Source of the DNA: an uncultured Methylomirabilota bacterium
GTDB taxonomy: Bacteria; Methylomirabilota; Methylomirabilia; Methylomirabilales; 2-02-FULL-66-22
NCBI GenBank assembly: GCA_963705305.1
Contig: OY970067.1
Coordinates: 288,001-352,000, forward strand
Direction of reading: 5' to 3'
DNA: 64,000 bases
Below, in pieces: positions 51,028 to 64,000 of the stretch. Under the pieces are notes generated by a model. That model was given only the letters and a program-made list of their open reading frames with translations, was not told the origin of the DNA and searched no databases. The position numbers were made by a program, and so were the translations under genes. How positions within the stretch are numbered: the first letter of the stretch is position 1; the number at the start of each line of letters is the position of its first letter.

Positions 51028-52253
51028 CAGTTGCTCTTTCGTGCGCTATTGCCCGACGGCGCCTGCAGCTCCACCTTTGCGCCTTCTCGGAGTCTCTCCG
51101 CGCCATCGGTCACAACGACATCCCCCGAGACCAGCCCGGCGCTGACCGATGTCTCGCCCCCCTGACTGACCTCGACCGTAACGGGGCGCATCGACACCGT
51201 CTGGTCTGCCTTCACCACGTACACGAAGGCGCCTTGGGAGCCATGCTGGATAGCGGCGTTCGGCACCAAGATCGCACCGCGCTTCACCTCGATGAGGAGA
51301 TGGGCGTTGACGAATTGATTGGGGAACAGCACGTGATCGGCGTTGGGGAACTCGGCTTTGAGACGGACCGTTCCGGTGGTTGGATCGATCTGGTTGTCGA
51401 CCGTCAGCAACGATCCCGTGGCCAGCTTTCGTTGTTGTGCGCGATCGTAGGCCTCAACGGGCAAGCGGTCGCCGGCCCTGAGCTTGGCAAGCACTTGGGG
51501 AAGATTGTCCTCCGGGATGGAGAAAATCACGGCAATCGGTTCGAGCTGCGTGATCACAACCAGGCCGTTGGCATCGGCCGCGTGCACGATGTTACCGGGA
51601 TCCACCAGGCGGAGACCCACGCGCCCGCTGATGGGCGAGGTGATGTGGCAGTAGGCAAGCTGGACCTTGGTATAATCGATCTGGCCCTGATCGTTCTTCA
51701 CTGCCCCCTCGTACTGCCGGACCAGCGATTCCTGGGTATCCAGCTGCTGCTTGGGAATGGAATCCTGTCCCCAAAGCACCCGGTACCGCTCCAGGTCAAT
51801 CCGCGCGTTCGCCAGCAGGGCCTGATCGCGCGCCAGTTGCCCCTCATACTGAATCAACTGGGCCTCGAATGGGCGCGAGTCGAGCTCGGCCAGCAGGTCT
51901 CCCTTGACGACAAGCTGGCCTTCCCGGAATCCGACGCTCATCAGTTGTCCGTCGACGCGGGTATGGACGGTCACCGTGTTGAGCGGGGTGACCGACCCGA
52001 TTCCGGTGAGGTAGATGGGAAGGTCTCCCTGCTTGACGGCCGCGGCCGTCACAGCAACTGGGCGGGCGGCAGGGGTCGCAGGCGGGACCGCACGCGGTTG
52101 GGCCCGGCCTCTCGTGCTCCAGAGGGCGTACGCCCCGACGGCCAGAAGACAGAGCACCAGCAACCAGAGCCACCAGCGCCTGCGCGTGGGAGCGAGACGA
52201 GGCTCTTCCGGTGCGTGGTTCTTTGGGGTTTCCTCCATGGACGCCATGATCAT
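51027..52253 (-). CDS. mdtA: RND membrane-fusion protein MdtA/MuxA-like
   Basis: [41 protein letters not shown]. Confidence 0.88.
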   Translation of the reverse strand: MIMASMEETPKNHAPEEPRLAPTRRRWWLWLLVLCLLAVGAYALWSTRGRAQPRAVPPATPAARPVAVTAAAVKQGDLPIYLTGIGSVTPLNTVTVHTRVDGQLMSVGFREGQLVVKGDLLAELDSRPFEAQLIQYEGQLARDQALLANARIDLERYRVLWGQDSIPKQQLDTQESLVRQYEGAVKNDQGQIDYTKVQLAYCHITSPISGRVGLRLVDPGNIVHAADANGLVVITQLEPIAVIFSIPEDNLPQVLAKLRAGDRLPVEAYDRAQQRKLATGSLLTVDNQIDPTTGTVRLKAEFPNADHVLFPNQFVNAHLLIEVKRGAILVPNAAIQHGSQGAFVYVVKADQTVSMRPVTVEVSQGGETSVSAGLVSGDVVVTDGAERLREGAKVELQAPSGNSARKSN

Positions 52254-52667
52254 TGCCTCACAATGGATGAGTCCGCCAAATGCCCGGCCTATGCCGTTGT
52301 CAAGCGTTCGTGTCGTCTCGTCACGGTCGTGGCAGTCTGCTCCGAAAAGCGGCCAACACGCCGGCCATTTTCATTTCGGGCAATACGCCCCATCTCCCTG
52401 CGGTGATCCTCTTCCTTTATACGGATGGCGAGAGGAGGAGGTTTCATGAAGACTTACAGCAAGGGCTGCCGTTGCTCTGTACAAACACCGCCCATCCTTC
52501 ACGATGTCGAGAATGCCTTGGTTCCCTCGGCCAAATACGGCAAAGCCGGCGGGTACTCCGGGTACCCGAGGATGCCGTAGCCGGGCATTATAAGCCCGTG
52601 GAACTCTCGTTTCAACCGTACACAACTGCAAGATGCAGGCAGGCCCCGGCAGACCGTAGCTGTGGCG

Positions 52668-55600
52668 TTATGCCGGGTGTCCTCCTCCGGGCGTCTCCGC
52701 GCGCTCCTCCGGCTCTCCCCTCCAGCGCTTCGCCAAACGCTCGACCAAGACGTACAGTGCCGGAATGATGAAGATAGCAATCGCAGTCGCGGCTGCCATG
52801 CCGCCGATGACGGTCGTGCCCATGATCTGACGGGCCACCGAGCCCGCGCCCGTTGCTATCCACAACGGCACACAACCCAGAATGAACGCGAAAGAGGTCA
52901 TAAGGATGGGGCGCAGCCGAAGCCTGGCTCCTGCCAACGCAGCGTCAGCCAGGGACTTTCCCTGTTCGTATTCATGCTTTGCGAATTCCACGATCAAGAT
53001 CGCGTTCTTTGCCGCCAAGCCGATCAGCATCACCAAACCGATCTGAGAATACACGTTGTTCTCGATTTGCACCATGTACGCGGGATAGAATGCGCCGAGC
53101 ACCGCCCGGCGCAGCCACAACACTCCAAAGGCGCCGAATACCGCGACCGGTGTGCTCAGCAGGACGCTGAACGGGAGCGACCAGCTTTCATAGAGGGCAG
53201 CCAAAATGAGGAACACGAACAGCAGCGAGAAGCCGAAGATGACCGACGCCGGGACCCCTTGCCGTGCCCTCTGCTCTTGATAAGACATGCCCATGTAATC
53301 AAAGCCCATTTCGCCGGGCATTGTCTGCTTGAAGACGTCCTCCAGGGCCGCCGTCGCTTGGTCTGCGCTGTAGCCTGGCGCCGCGCTGCCGTTGATCTGC
53401 GTTGACCTGTACTCGTTGTAGTGCATCGTAAATTCGGGGCCCTCACGCGACTCGAGCTTCGTCAGCGTGGAAAGCGGCACCATTGCCCCCTTGTTGTTGC
53501 GCACGTAGAAATGCTCGATGTTCGCCACGTCCGACCGGTACGGAGCTTCCGCTTCCACGTACACCTGCCAGGTACGGCCGAAGTTGTTGAAGTAGTTGAT
53601 GAACAACCCGCCCATGAAAGCCTGAATGGTCTGGTACACATCGCCGATGGCCACGCCTTGCTTCAGCACCTTTTCCCGATCCACGCGTACGAACTGTTGC
53701 GGCACGCTCGGGAGAAACGTCGTGCTGATCGTGCCAATTTCGGGACGCTTGCGAGCCGCCGCCATGAATTCGTTCAGGTTTCGCCCCAAAAACTGAATGT
53801 CCCGTCCTGCCCGGTCTTCCAGCACGAACTGAAATCCGCCGGACGTGCCGACCCCAGGGATGGCTGCCGGCGAGAAGCTGAAGGCGATCCCTTGCGGAAG
53901 CTTGCTGAGCTGCTCGTTCAAGCGCGCCTTGATTTCCTGATACTGCTCCGCTCGTGTTTCGCGGCTACTCCATGGCTTCAGAGCGACAAAATAGAAGGCG
54001 TTGTAGCTGGTCCGGACAAGGCTGAGCAGGCTGAAGCCAATGACGCTGCTGTAGTACTGAACCCCAGGCGTGGCGCTCAGAATTTTCTCGACGTCTCTCG
54101 ATGCTGCGGCCGTCCTCTCCAGCGAAGCCGAATTCGGAAGCTGCATGTTGATGAAGACATAGCCCTGGTCTTCGTCGGGCAGGAAGCTCGACGGCAGGAG
54201 CTGGCCGAAGACAATACCGGCAAGGCCGAACGCCGCGAGCACCACCAGCGCCAACACACCTTTCCGGATCAGCGCGCCGGACAACCGAAGATAGAGTTCC
54301 CTCCCGCTCCCGAACATGCGATTGAACCACCCGAAGAATATTGCGAGTGGTCCGCGGCTCTCCCTCTTTGGCCGGAGCAGGAGCGCGCCCAGCGCCGGGC
54401 TCAGTGTGAGGGCGTTAAACGCCGAGAGGACCACCGAGACCGCGATGGTCAGGGCAAATTGCTGGTAGAGCCGGCCGGTGATCCCCGGGATGAAGGCTGT
54501 CGGCACGAAGACCGCCGAGAGGACCATGGCAATGCCGACGACCGGCCCGGAAAGCTCTTCCATGGCTCGTCGAGCCGCATCCTTGGGCGCCAGCCCTTCC
54601 TCGATGTGGCGCTGGACGCCTTCCACGACGACGATAGCGTCGTCTACCACCAAGCCGATGGCCAGCACCAGTCCGAACATTGAAAGGGTATTGATGGAAA
54701 AGCCGAACAGGGGGAAGAGAACAAACGTGCCCACCAGCGAGACGGGCACGGCCAGCATCGGGATCAGGGTGGCGCGCCAGTCTTGCAGGAACAGATAGAC
54801 CACGAGGAGCACCAGCGCGATGGCGATCAACAGGGTTTTAATAATCTCGTTCATGCCTTCCGTCACGGCGCGCGTCTGGTCAAGCGATACGGCGTAATCC
54901 ATGTCTTGTGGGAAGCGCGGCTTCATCTCGGCCATCAGCTTTCGGACGCCTGCGGCCGCTTGGACCGCATTGGAGCCGGGCAACTGATAAATGGCGATGA
55001 TCGCGGCGGGCTCGCCGTTCAGGCGACTGACAATGCTGTAATCATTTGCGCCCAGTTCGACCCGGGCGACGTCTTTCACGCGGACGATTCCGCCATCCGG
55101 CGCTTCACGGACGACGACGTCCTCAAATTGGTCGGGCGATGTCAGGCGGCCTTGCGCGAGGACGGAATAGGTGAATTGCTGGCCCGCGGGAGCCGGCTCG
55201 CCGCCGACTTGACCAGCCGGATTCACCGTGTTCTGCGCTTGGATCGCGTTGACGATATCCGTGACGGTGATGCCCAGTTTCGCCAGTTGGTCAGGTTTTA
55301 CCCACAGCCGCATGGCATACTGCCCCGCGCCGAACACCTGCGTCTGGCCGACACCGTACAAGCGTGCGACGGGGTCATTGAGGTTGATGTAAGCATAGTT
55401 GGCCAGGAACTTCGCATCGTGAGTGCCGTGCGGCGAGAAGAAGGCGACCAGCATGAGCGGCGCGCTCGTTGACTTTTTGATGGTGACCCCATAGTTGTTC
55501 ACTTCGGGTGGAAGCTGCGTGGCGGCGAGATTCTCGCGTGATTGGGTGAGAATCAGGTCGATGTTGGGGTCCGTCTTGAGGTCAAAATCAACCCCCATGG

Positions 55601-55868
55601 TCGTCTGCGAGTTGGCCGTGGCGTTTAACGAATACATATAGCTCATGTCGTCCACGCCATTGATCTGCTGCTCGATCGGCGTGGCCACGGCCTGCTCGAG
55701 GGTCTGCGCGTCCGCACCCACGTACGTGGCCTGCAATCTGATCTCAGGCGGGACGATGTTGGGAAACTGGGCGACGGGCAGGCTCGCGATGGTGACCGCG
55801 CCCACAATCACCGTAAGGATGGCGATCACCATCGCCACGATCGGACGGTTGATGAAGAACTTGGACAT
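52668..55868 (-). CDS. HAE1-family RND efflux permease (AcrB/MexF-like)
   Basis: [53 protein letters not shown]. Confidence 0.92.
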   Translation of the reverse strand: MSKFFINRPIVAMVIAILTVIVGAVTIASLPVAQFPNIVPPEIRLQATYVGADAQTLEQAVATPIEQQINGVDDMSYMYSLNATANSQTTMGVDFDLKTDPNIDLILTQSRENLAATQLPPEVNNYGVTIKKSTSAPLMLVAFFSPHGTHDAKFLANYAYINLNDPVARLYGVGQTQVFGAGQYAMRLWVKPDQLAKLGITVTDIVNAIQAQNTVNPAGQVGGEPAPAGQQFTYSVLAQGRLTSPDQFEDVVVREAPDGGIVRVKDVARVELGANDYSIVSRLNGEPAAIIAIYQLPGSNAVQAAAGVRKLMAEMKPRFPQDMDYAVSLDQTRAVTEGMNEIIKTLLIAIALVLLVVYLFLQDWRATLIPMLAVPVSLVGTFVLFPLFGFSINTLSMFGLVLAIGLVVDDAIVVVEGVQRHIEEGLAPKDAARRAMEELSGPVVGIAMVLSAVFVPTAFIPGITGRLYQQFALTIAVSVVLSAFNALTLSPALGALLLRPKRESRGPLAIFFGWFNRMFGSGRELYLRLSGALIRKGVLALVVLAAFGLAGIVFGQLLPSSFLPDEDQGYVFINMQLPNSASLERTAAASRDVEKILSATPGVQYYSSVIGFSLLSLVRTSYNAFYFVALKPWSSRETRAEQYQEIKARLNEQLSKLPQGIAFSFSPAAIPGVGTSGGFQFVLEDRAGRDIQFLGRNLNEFMAAARKRPEIGTISTTFLPSVPQQFVRVDREKVLKQGVAIGDVYQTIQAFMGGLFINYFNNFGRTWQVYVEAEAPYRSDVANIEHFYVRNNKGAMVPLSTLTKLESREGPEFTMHYNEYRSTQINGSAAPGYSADQATAALEDVFKQTMPGEMGFDYMGMSYQEQRARQGVPASVIFGFSLLFVFLILAALYESWSLPFSVLLSTPVAVFGAFGVLWLRRAVLGAFYPAYMVQIENNVYSQIGLVMLIGLAAKNAILIVEFAKHEYEQGKSLADAALAGARLRLRPILMTSFAFILGCVPLWIATGAGSVARQIMGTTVIGGMAAATAIAIFIIPALYVLVERLAKRWRGEPEERAETPGGGHPA

Positions 55869-55910
55869 GGTGCGATCTGCCTCTGCTCGGCCTCAGCCGG
55901 CCTTCGAATG

Positions 55911-57218
55911 TCAGCGGGCCTTGCCGGGCGCTGAGGGTTCCTCGACCGCGGCCTGAGGCGGGCTCAGATACGACTTCGGATTCACGATCGTGCCCGGTCG
56001 GACCTTCTGGATCCCTTCCACGACGACCCGCTCCCCGGGCTTCAGCCCCTCGTCGATCACCCAGAGGCTGCCGACGCGCTCGCCCACCTGGACCGGCCGG
56101 ATGTCTATCGTGTTGTTTGTGCCAACGACAGCTACTTGATAGACACCCTGCAGCTCCGCGACCGCACGCTGCGGGACCAGCAGGGCGCCGCGCTTGATCT
56201 CGCGCTGCGCCCGCACCCGAGCAAACTGTCCCGGTCGGAGAAGATTGCCTGGATTGGGGAAGAGGGCGGCCACCTTGATCGTCCCAGTTTGGACATCCAC
56301 CTGCCGATCGAAGAACACCAGCTTTCCCGGGTGGGGGTAGACACCGCCGTCGGCCAGGATGAGCTGGACCGAGGTGTACCGCATGGCGCCGTCGCCCTGC
56401 TTTGCCTGGGCAAGATACCCTTGTTCGCTCATGGGGATATAGACCTTGATTGGGTTGACGGTCGACACGGTGGTGAGCTCCTGCGTGGAGCCTGGGCCCA
56501 CGAGGTCTCCGATCTGCGCCTTCGCGATGCCCGCGATGCCGTCAATGGGGCAGACGATCTTGGTGAAGCCCAGGTCCAGTCGAGCTTTTTCCATGGCTGC
56601 CTGACCAGCAGCGACCGCCGCCTGATTGGCGCCTACGTTGGCCTGAGCGGAACCGACGGCGGCCTTGGCGGCCGCCACCGCGGCGCGACTGGACTGCTCG
56701 GCCCCGGTCGCATTGTCCAGATCCTGTCGGCTGACCGCCCCCTCTTCTGTGAGTTGTTTGATCCGGAAATAGGTGGCCCGGTCGTTGACCCACAGCGCCT
56801 CCTGCCGCACCACCTCGGCCCTGGCCTGCTCCAAGGTAGCCCGGGACTGCGCCAGGGCGGCCTGAGCCTGGCTCAGCGCCGCAGCGGCCTGATCGAGGGT
56901 CGCCTGGAAGGGTCGCGGGTCGATCTCGAAGAGCACCTGCCCCTTCTCGACCAGGTCCCCCTCTTTGTAGTTCTGCTTGACGAGGTAGCCCTGGACCTGG
57001 GCGCGGATCGTCGCATTCACCATGCCATCCGTCGAGGCGATCCATTCTGCATAGACCGGAACGTCCCGCTGGATGACCTCCGCAACTTCGACGATGGGCG
57101 GCGGCGGGGCCGACTCGCCCTGCTCTCCCTTGCATCCCGAGAGCAGCAGGAGGGGCATGCCGGCGAGCAGGAGTATTCCTGCGCGGCAGAAGGCCCCCCG
57201 TCTCTGTCTCCATGCCAT
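55911..57218 (-). CDS. RND periplasmic adaptor lipoprotein
   Basis: Lipobox LSGC, IRAQVQG, LFEIDPRPF, TGTI, LRPGQF; start MAWRQ after GGAGG. Confidence 0.88.
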   Translation of the reverse strand: MAWRQRRGAFCRAGILLLAGMPLLLLSGCKGEQGESAPPPPIVEVAEVIQRDVPVYAEWIASTDGMVNATIRAQVQGYLVKQNYKEGDLVEKGQVLFEIDPRPFQATLDQAAAALSQAQAALAQSRATLEQARAEVVRQEALWVNDRATYFRIKQLTEEGAVSRQDLDNATGAEQSSRAAVAAAKAAVGSAQANVGANQAAVAAGQAAMEKARLDLGFTKIVCPIDGIAGIAKAQIGDLVGPGSTQELTTVSTVNPIKVYIPMSEQGYLAQAKQGDGAMRYTSVQLILADGGVYPHPGKLVFFDRQVDVQTGTIKVAALFPNPGNLLRPGQFARVRAQREIKRGALLVPQRAVAELQGVYQVAVVGTNNTIDIRPVQVGERVGSLWVIDEGLKPGERVVVEGIQKVRPGTIVNPKSYLSPPQAAVEEPSAPGKAR

Positions 57219-57344
57219 TCCCGAATCCTCCTCCTCTTCGGATCTGCCCTCCCGGGGCCGAGGCCAACCGGACGAGACCCACACTGGTCCCAGGCCGCAC
57301 AGCATTCGCCGCAGAGCTCGCGGCGCATCGAGAAGCGGTACAAT

Positions 57345-58019
57345 CTACTGGGAAGGTTTGGCTGAGGCTCGCGCGCCCTCCAGGAACAGGCTGACCATGT
57401 CGTCGATGACCTGATCGACGGTACGGCGGGACGGGGGCTTTTGCCCGAACAGCTCATGCAGCAGAATGTACTGCGTCACCATGCCGATGAAGTTCCAGGC
57501 GGCCTGGGCGTGGTCCACCACCCGGAAGGCTCCGGCGGCCACGCGGGCAGCGATGTACCGGCTGAGGTAATCGTCGATCCGCTGCACCCGCGAGCGGAAG
57601 AACAGGTCCGAAAGGGAGTGGCCCTCCAGGGCGCTGAAGAGGAGCAGGCGCATGAGGGTCGGGTCCCGCTGCATGCGGGCGATCATCTCCCGGGCAAGCT
57701 CCCGCAGGACACCCGCATCATCCTGCCGGCCGGCAACGGGCGCGACACGATCCAGGATCTCCTCCGTGCCGATCTTGGCCTCGAGAATGGCGGCGTAGAG
57801 TTCATCCTTGCTGGTGAAGTGTTTGAAGATGGTCGTCTCGCTCACGCCGATGGCCTGGGCCACCTGCTTCGTGGTCGTTCTCCCGAAGCCCTTCCGCGAG
57901 AAGAGGTCCGCCGCGACCTCGATGATCTGTCGACGGCGGGCAGCCCCGGAGAGCCGCGTCCTCTTGCCGCCGGATCCTCCCGGTCTGCGGGGGAGCCGAG
58001 ATTTCCCGATCCGCTCCAC
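57345..58019 (-). CDS. TetR/AcrR-family regulator
   Basis: RRRQIIEVAADLFSRKGFGRTTTKQVA..GVSETTIFKHF.SKDEL. Confidence 0.9.
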   Translation of the reverse strand: MERIGKSRLPRRPGGSGGKRTRLSGAARRRQIIEVAADLFSRKGFGRTTTKQVAQAIGVSETTIFKHFTSKDELYAAILEAKIGTEEILDRVAPVAGRQDDAGVLRELAREMIARMQRDPTLMRLLLFSALEGHSLSDLFFRSRVQRIDDYLSRYIAARVAAGAFRVVDHAQAAWNFIGMVTQYILLHELFGQKPPSRRTVDQVIDDMVSLFLEGARASAKPSQ

Positions 58020-58113
58020 GGCAGCTCACCCCCTGTATGGCCGGATCCCCGACCTGCCGATGATGCAGGGCGGCCGGAGATCCTCCCGCGATCCAGCGCG
58101 ACGGAGACAGGTA

Positions 58114-58160
58114 GTTTGTCCTTCCTAACAAACCTTACGTGCGATCCTGTTCCAGGTCAA
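58114..58160 (-). promoter_or_regulatory. Sigma70 promoter of tetR-MFP-RND with overlapping palindrome (candidate TetR operator)
   Basis: Minus strand TTGACC (58160-58155), 17 nt, TAAGGT (58137-58132); GTTTGT-N8-ACAAAC at 58114-58133. Confidence 0.6.
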
Positions 58161-58391
58161 CCTGAAACTGCAATCTGTCCGGTGCGCCGTCTACCCCAGC
58201 CGGGACAAACCTCTGGCTCTTTGCTCCAAAAGACCCTACGGTGACAGTTTGTCTGCTATACTACTCTATCTCCTGATCTCGATGACGGCAGCCCCCTGCC
58301 GCAGGCGGCGGCTCTGTTGCGGTGGCCGAGCGCTTCGTGGACGGGGGTGGCCATGCCGGCTACCGATCCCCAAGGGAGGAGAGCTCTCTCG

Positions 58392-60550
<2,159 letters not shown>

Positions 60551-60551
<1 letters not shown>

Positions 60552-60699
60552 GTGTCCAGCCATGGACACTTTCGTCCAAAATTGATCAGGCGTTGTCCGA
60601 CAGCACACCCACGTCCCTCCATCGCTTGTTTCCATGCTGCTGAGAACAAAATAATTTCCGACAGTTACCCATCGAAAGACAGTTGGCCGCAATCTTGCT
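60551..60699 (+). promoter_or_regulatory. Sigma54 promoter with upstream palindromic activator site
   Basis: TTGGCCGCAATCTTGCT (GG-N10-GC) at 60683-60699; AGTGTCCA-GCCA-TGGACACT at 60551-60570; AT-rich tract between them. Confidence 0.75.
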
Positions 60700-60745
60700 C
60701 TCTTCCATTCCGGCCCTGATGGAAGGTCTCGGAGGGAGGAGCGAT

Positions 60746-60991
60746 ATGAGTCAGCACGCCGTGGAACGTGCCATCGGCAAGCTCGTTACGGACGCGACAT
60801 TTCGCGGGCGGTTCTTCGAGGACCCGGCAGGCGCCACCCTCTGCGCCGGGCTCGACCTCTCCTCCACCGAGCTCGATGCCCTCTCGCAGATTTCCCCTCG
60901 CCTCCTGGCGCGATTCAGCGCCAGCCTGGATGATCGTATCCGCCGTCTCACGGTCGAGGGCATTCCGGGATCCGCTGAGGGCCGCCGATGA
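60746..60991 (+). CDS. 81-aa NHLP-clan leader-like protein (Os1348/Franean1_4349-like)
   Basis: GGAGGAG RBS; MSQHAVERAIGKLVTDATFRGRFFEDP...GLDLSSTELDAL...LDDRI; stop overlaps the next ATG. Confidence 0.75.
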   Translation: MSQHAVERAIGKLVTDATFRGRFFEDPAGATLCAGLDLSSTELDALSQISPRLLARFSASLDDRIRRLTVEGIPGSAEGRR

Positions 60992-62499
60992 TGGGCGATC
61001 CCGCATCGGTAGGTGGCTGCCGAGCGCACCCTGGGGGCCCACCCTCCCGGGCCACGAGCCGTCCGGGCCGCTTTTGGCGCGCATGCGCCTCCGGGCTGCT
61101 CGCCCTTGCACTCGTGACGGGGTGCACGGTGGGGCCGGATTATCGGCGACCCCAGGTTGCCGTGCCGACGACGTGGCGCACCGCGGCCGAAGGGGCCGGG
61201 TCGCTGGCCGACCTTGCCTGGTGGGACCTTTTCCAGGATCCGGCCCTTCAAGGACTCATCCGGACGGCCCTTGCCGAAAACCAGAACCTCCAGACGGCCG
61301 TGGAGAGGGTGGTGGAGGCGCGCGCCGCGCTGGGGGTGACCCGGGCCGCCCAATTCCCCGAGGTGGACGCTGGCGTGGGCTACACCAGCGAGCGCTACTC
61401 CGCCTACAACTTTCCCGCCATCCCGCCCGGCGAAAACCTCGCGCACAACTACTATCAGCCCCAGGTGAGCCTCCTCTCTTTCGAGCTCGATCTCTGGGGG
61501 AAGCTGCGCCGGACCACGGAGGCCGCGCGGGCCGATCTGCTGGCCAGCGAGGAGAATCGGCAGACGGTGGTCATGACCCTCGTGGGCGACGTGGCCCAGG
61601 CCTATTTCGATTTGCTGGAGCTGGACCGTCAGGCGCAGATCGACCGGCAGACGCTGGCCTCTCGCCAAGCCTCGCTCGACCTGGTGACCCATCGCTTCCA
61701 GGAAGGGCTCACAGGGGAACTGGACGTTGATCGGGCGAAGGCGGAGGCGGCCGCCGCCGCCGCCAGCGTCCCGGACGTCCAGCGCCGGATCGCCCAGACG
61801 GAAAACCGCCTCAGCCTCCTCCTGGGCCGGAATCCCGGCCCGATCCCCCGCGGGGCGGCGCTCGACCACCAGCAGGCACCGCCGGAGATTCCCCCCGGCC
61901 TCCCCTCGGCGCTCCTGGAGCGCCGGCCGGATATCCGGGCCGCCGAGGCGCGGCTGGCGGCGGCCACGGCCCGGATCGGGGAGGCCAAGGCGGCCTTCTT
62001 CCCCCAGATCGTGCTCACCGGCCTCTTCGGGGTACAGAGCGGCGAACTCGGAAATCTCTTCACGGGGCCCTCGCGCATCTGGCAGGCCGGCCCGGCGGTC
62101 ACCCTGCCGCTCTTTACGGCGGGCCGGCTCCGCTCCAACCTGGAGGCGACCGAGGCGCGCCAAGCCGAGGCACTGAGTCAGTACCGGCAGACGATCCAGG
62201 AGGCCTTCCGGGAAGTGGAGGACGCCCTGGTGTTCCACGCGAAGGTGCGCGAGATCCGCCTCCAGCGGGAGCAGCGTGTACAGGCCGAGCGGCAGGCTCT
62301 GACGCTGGCCGAACTACGGTACACCAACGGCGTCTCCTCCTACCTGGATGTCCTCGACGCGCAACGCCAACTCTACGTCGCGGAGACGGACCTGAGCGCC
62401 GCCCTCCGGGACCAGCTCGTCTCGGTGGTGCAGGTCTACAAGACCCTCGGGGGCGGGTGGCAGATGCCCTCGCCCGATGGAAAGGATAGGCAGCCATGA
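60988..62499 (+). CDS. Outer-membrane efflux lipoprotein (NodT/OprM family)
   Basis: LVTGC-TVGPDY, WWDLFQDP, FELDLWG, PSALLERRPDI, LGGGW. Confidence 0.92.
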   Translation: MMGDPASVGGCRAHPGGPPSRATSRPGRFWRACASGLLALALVTGCTVGPDYRRPQVAVPTTWRTAAEGAGSLADLAWWDLFQDPALQGLIRTALAENQNLQTAVERVVEARAALGVTRAAQFPEVDAGVGYTSERYSAYNFPAIPPGENLAHNYYQPQVSLLSFELDLWGKLRRTTEAARADLLASEENRQTVVMTLVGDVAQAYFDLLELDRQAQIDRQTLASRQASLDLVTHRFQEGLTGELDVDRAKAEAAAAAASVPDVQRRIAQTENRLSLLLGRNPGPIPRGAALDHQQAPPEIPPGLPSALLERRPDIRAAEARLAAATARIGEAKAAFFPQIVLTGLFGVQSGELGNLFTGPSRIWQAGPAVTLPLFTAGRLRSNLEATEARQAEALSQYRQTIQEAFREVEDALVFHAKVREIRLQREQRVQAERQALTLAELRYTNGVSSYLDVLDAQRQLYVAETDLSAALRDQLVSVVQVYKTLGGGWQMPSPDGKDRQP

Positions 62500-63773
62500 G
62501 CGAGCAACCCCCCCCGGACTCCCCGGAGGTGCTGGAGCCATTCCCGGCGGCGCCGAACGGAGAGGAGGCAGCCGATGTCACGGCCCTGCGGGGCGCCGGC
62601 CGGCGGTGGATGCAGCATCCGCTCCGGGTGGCCCTGCTGGCGGTGGCGATCCTGATCGTCGGGCTGGTCGTGGCGCACTACTATATCTACAGCCTCTCGC
62701 ATGAGTCGACCGATGACGCCTTCATCGCCGGGGATGTCGTGGTGGTCAGCCCGCGCGTGGCCAGCAGCGTGGCCACGGTGTTCGTGGACGACAACCAGCA
62801 CGTGAAGCAGGGGGAACCCCTGGTGGGGCTGGACCCGCGCGACTTCGAGGCCAGGCTCGCCCAAGCTCAGGCGAACCTCGAGGCGGCCAGAGCCCGGCAT
62901 GGGAGCGCCCAGATCAACGTGCGCGTGATCGACACGACGGCAGGCGCCGGGGTCGAGCAGGCCGCAGCGGGGGTCCAGGCGGCACAGCGGCAGGTGGACG
63001 CCGCGCAGAGCCGCCTGGCCCAGGCGCGGGCGCAAGTGGCGGTCGCGCAGGCAGAGGCCACCCGCGCGGAGGCCGACGCGCAGCGGTACGAGCGGCTGCT
63101 CCAGTATCACGCCGTCTCGACGCAGGAGCGTGACAACACCGCGACGCTGAGCACGAGCACCGCCGCCACCCTCGAGGCGGCCCAGAAGGCCCAGCAGGCG
63201 GCCAGCGACAGCTTCCGGCAGGCCGAATCCCAGCTCGGGGAGGCGAAGGCCCGCCTCGCCAGCGCCAACGCGGCGCCGAGCCAGATCGCCTACAGCCGCT
63301 CGCAGGTGCAGACCGCGGCAGCGGAGATCGACCAGGCGGACGCGGCTGTCCGCCAGGCCCAACTGGCGCTTTCCTACACCAAGATCGTGGCGCCCGTGGC
63401 CGGGTGGGTCACCCAGAAAAGCGTGCAGGCAGGCGACTATGTGCAGGTCGGGCAGGCGCTGCTGTCGATCGTTCCAGACCGGCTCTGGGTGATCGCCAAC
63501 TTCAAGGAGACGCAGCTCCGCTATATGCGGCCGGGGCAGCCGGTCGCGATCACGGTGGATGCCTACCCGAACCGGACGTTCCGGGGACACGTGGACAGCA
63601 TCCAGGCGGGCTCGGGTGCGGCGTTCAGCCTCCTGCCCCCGGAGAATGCCACGGGAAACTACGTGAAGGTGGTCCAGCGGGTGCCCGTGAAGATCGTGTT
63701 CGACGACCCGCCGGATCCGCAACATGTCCTCGGCCCCGGGATGTCGGTGGTGCCCACCGTGACGGTGCGGTGA
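62496..63773 (+). CDS. HlyD/EmrA-family membrane fusion protein
   Basis: ESTDDAFI, ANFKETQL, FSLLPPENATGNYVKVVQRVPV. Confidence 0.92.
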   Translation: MSEQPPPDSPEVLEPFPAAPNGEEAADVTALRGAGRRWMQHPLRVALLAVAILIVGLVVAHYYIYSLSHESTDDAFIAGDVVVVSPRVASSVATVFVDDNQHVKQGEPLVGLDPRDFEARLAQAQANLEAARARHGSAQINVRVIDTTAGAGVEQAAAGVQAAQRQVDAAQSRLAQARAQVAVAQAEATRAEADAQRYERLLQYHAVSTQERDNTATLSTSTAATLEAAQKAQQAASDSFRQAESQLGEAKARLASANAAPSQIAYSRSQVQTAAAEIDQADAAVRQAQLALSYTKIVAPVAGWVTQKSVQAGDYVQVGQALLSIVPDRLWVIANFKETQLRYMRPGQPVAITVDAYPNRTFRGHVDSIQAGSGAAFSLLPPENATGNYVKVVQRVPVKIVFDDPPDPQHVLGPGMSVVPTVTVR

Positions 63774-63852
63774 GGGGGACAACCCATGCGCCGACGAGGG
63801 GCCCCCTCCTGCGGTCGGAGGGGCGGCCGGCCCCGCGCGACCGGGGGCTAAG

Positions 63853-64000
63853 ATGACCGTGCCCCCGCGGAACCCCTGGCCGGTGGCCATCGCGGTCATG
63901 TCCAGCGCCGTCATGGAGGTGCTGGACACGACGGTGGTGAACGTGAGTCTCCCGCATATCGCCGGCAGCCTGTCCGCGACGGTGGACGAGGCGACGTGGG
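63853..64000 (+). CDS. DHA2-family (EmrB/QacA) MFS exporter, partial (runs off window)
   Basis: MTVPPRNPWPVAIAVMSSAVMEVLDTTVVNVSLPHIAGSLSATVDEATW. Confidence 0.88.
   Translation, partial: MTVPPRNPWPVAIAVMSSAVMEVLDTTVVNVSLPHIAGSLSATVDEATW

Overview
This is a GC-rich window from a diderm bacterium; the outer-membrane efflux channels and lipoprotein/Tat signals support that, but the taxon cannot be fixed from sequence alone. I saw no rRNA, tRNA or CRISPR array. From left to right it holds: an orphan DpgC-like crotonase/dioxygenase; a PIG-L plus PLP-decarboxylase pair; a signalling operon (Xis-like HTH-receiver, DUF6982-like protein, hybrid kinase, frameshifted REC-PilZ, PilZ) with 10-bp-phased repeats on its promoter; a secreted retropepsin; a fused E1 alpha/beta TPP enzyme; an APC permease; a Gfo/Idh/MocA plus PreA-like pair ending on an IS3 relic; a RidA-IclR-Liv-creatininase-amidohydrolase catabolic operon; sigma54-preceded secreted Gln/His-rich proteins; two decayed genes; a NitT/TauT-like ABC pair; a rubrerythrin-VIT1 fusion; a second Liv ABC operon; and about 20 kb of efflux systems. 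The best novelty candidates are (1) a roughly 280-nt hairpin-dense, internally repeated putative ncRNA at 37.1-37.4 kb, (2) a GAF-sigma54 activator, sigma54 promoter and NHLP-leader-like microprotein at the head of a tripartite exporter operon at 58-64 kb, and (3) the Xis/BldC-like receiver plus PilZ circuit at 5.4-9.8 kb. All family calls come from motif recognition by eye, not from database searches.
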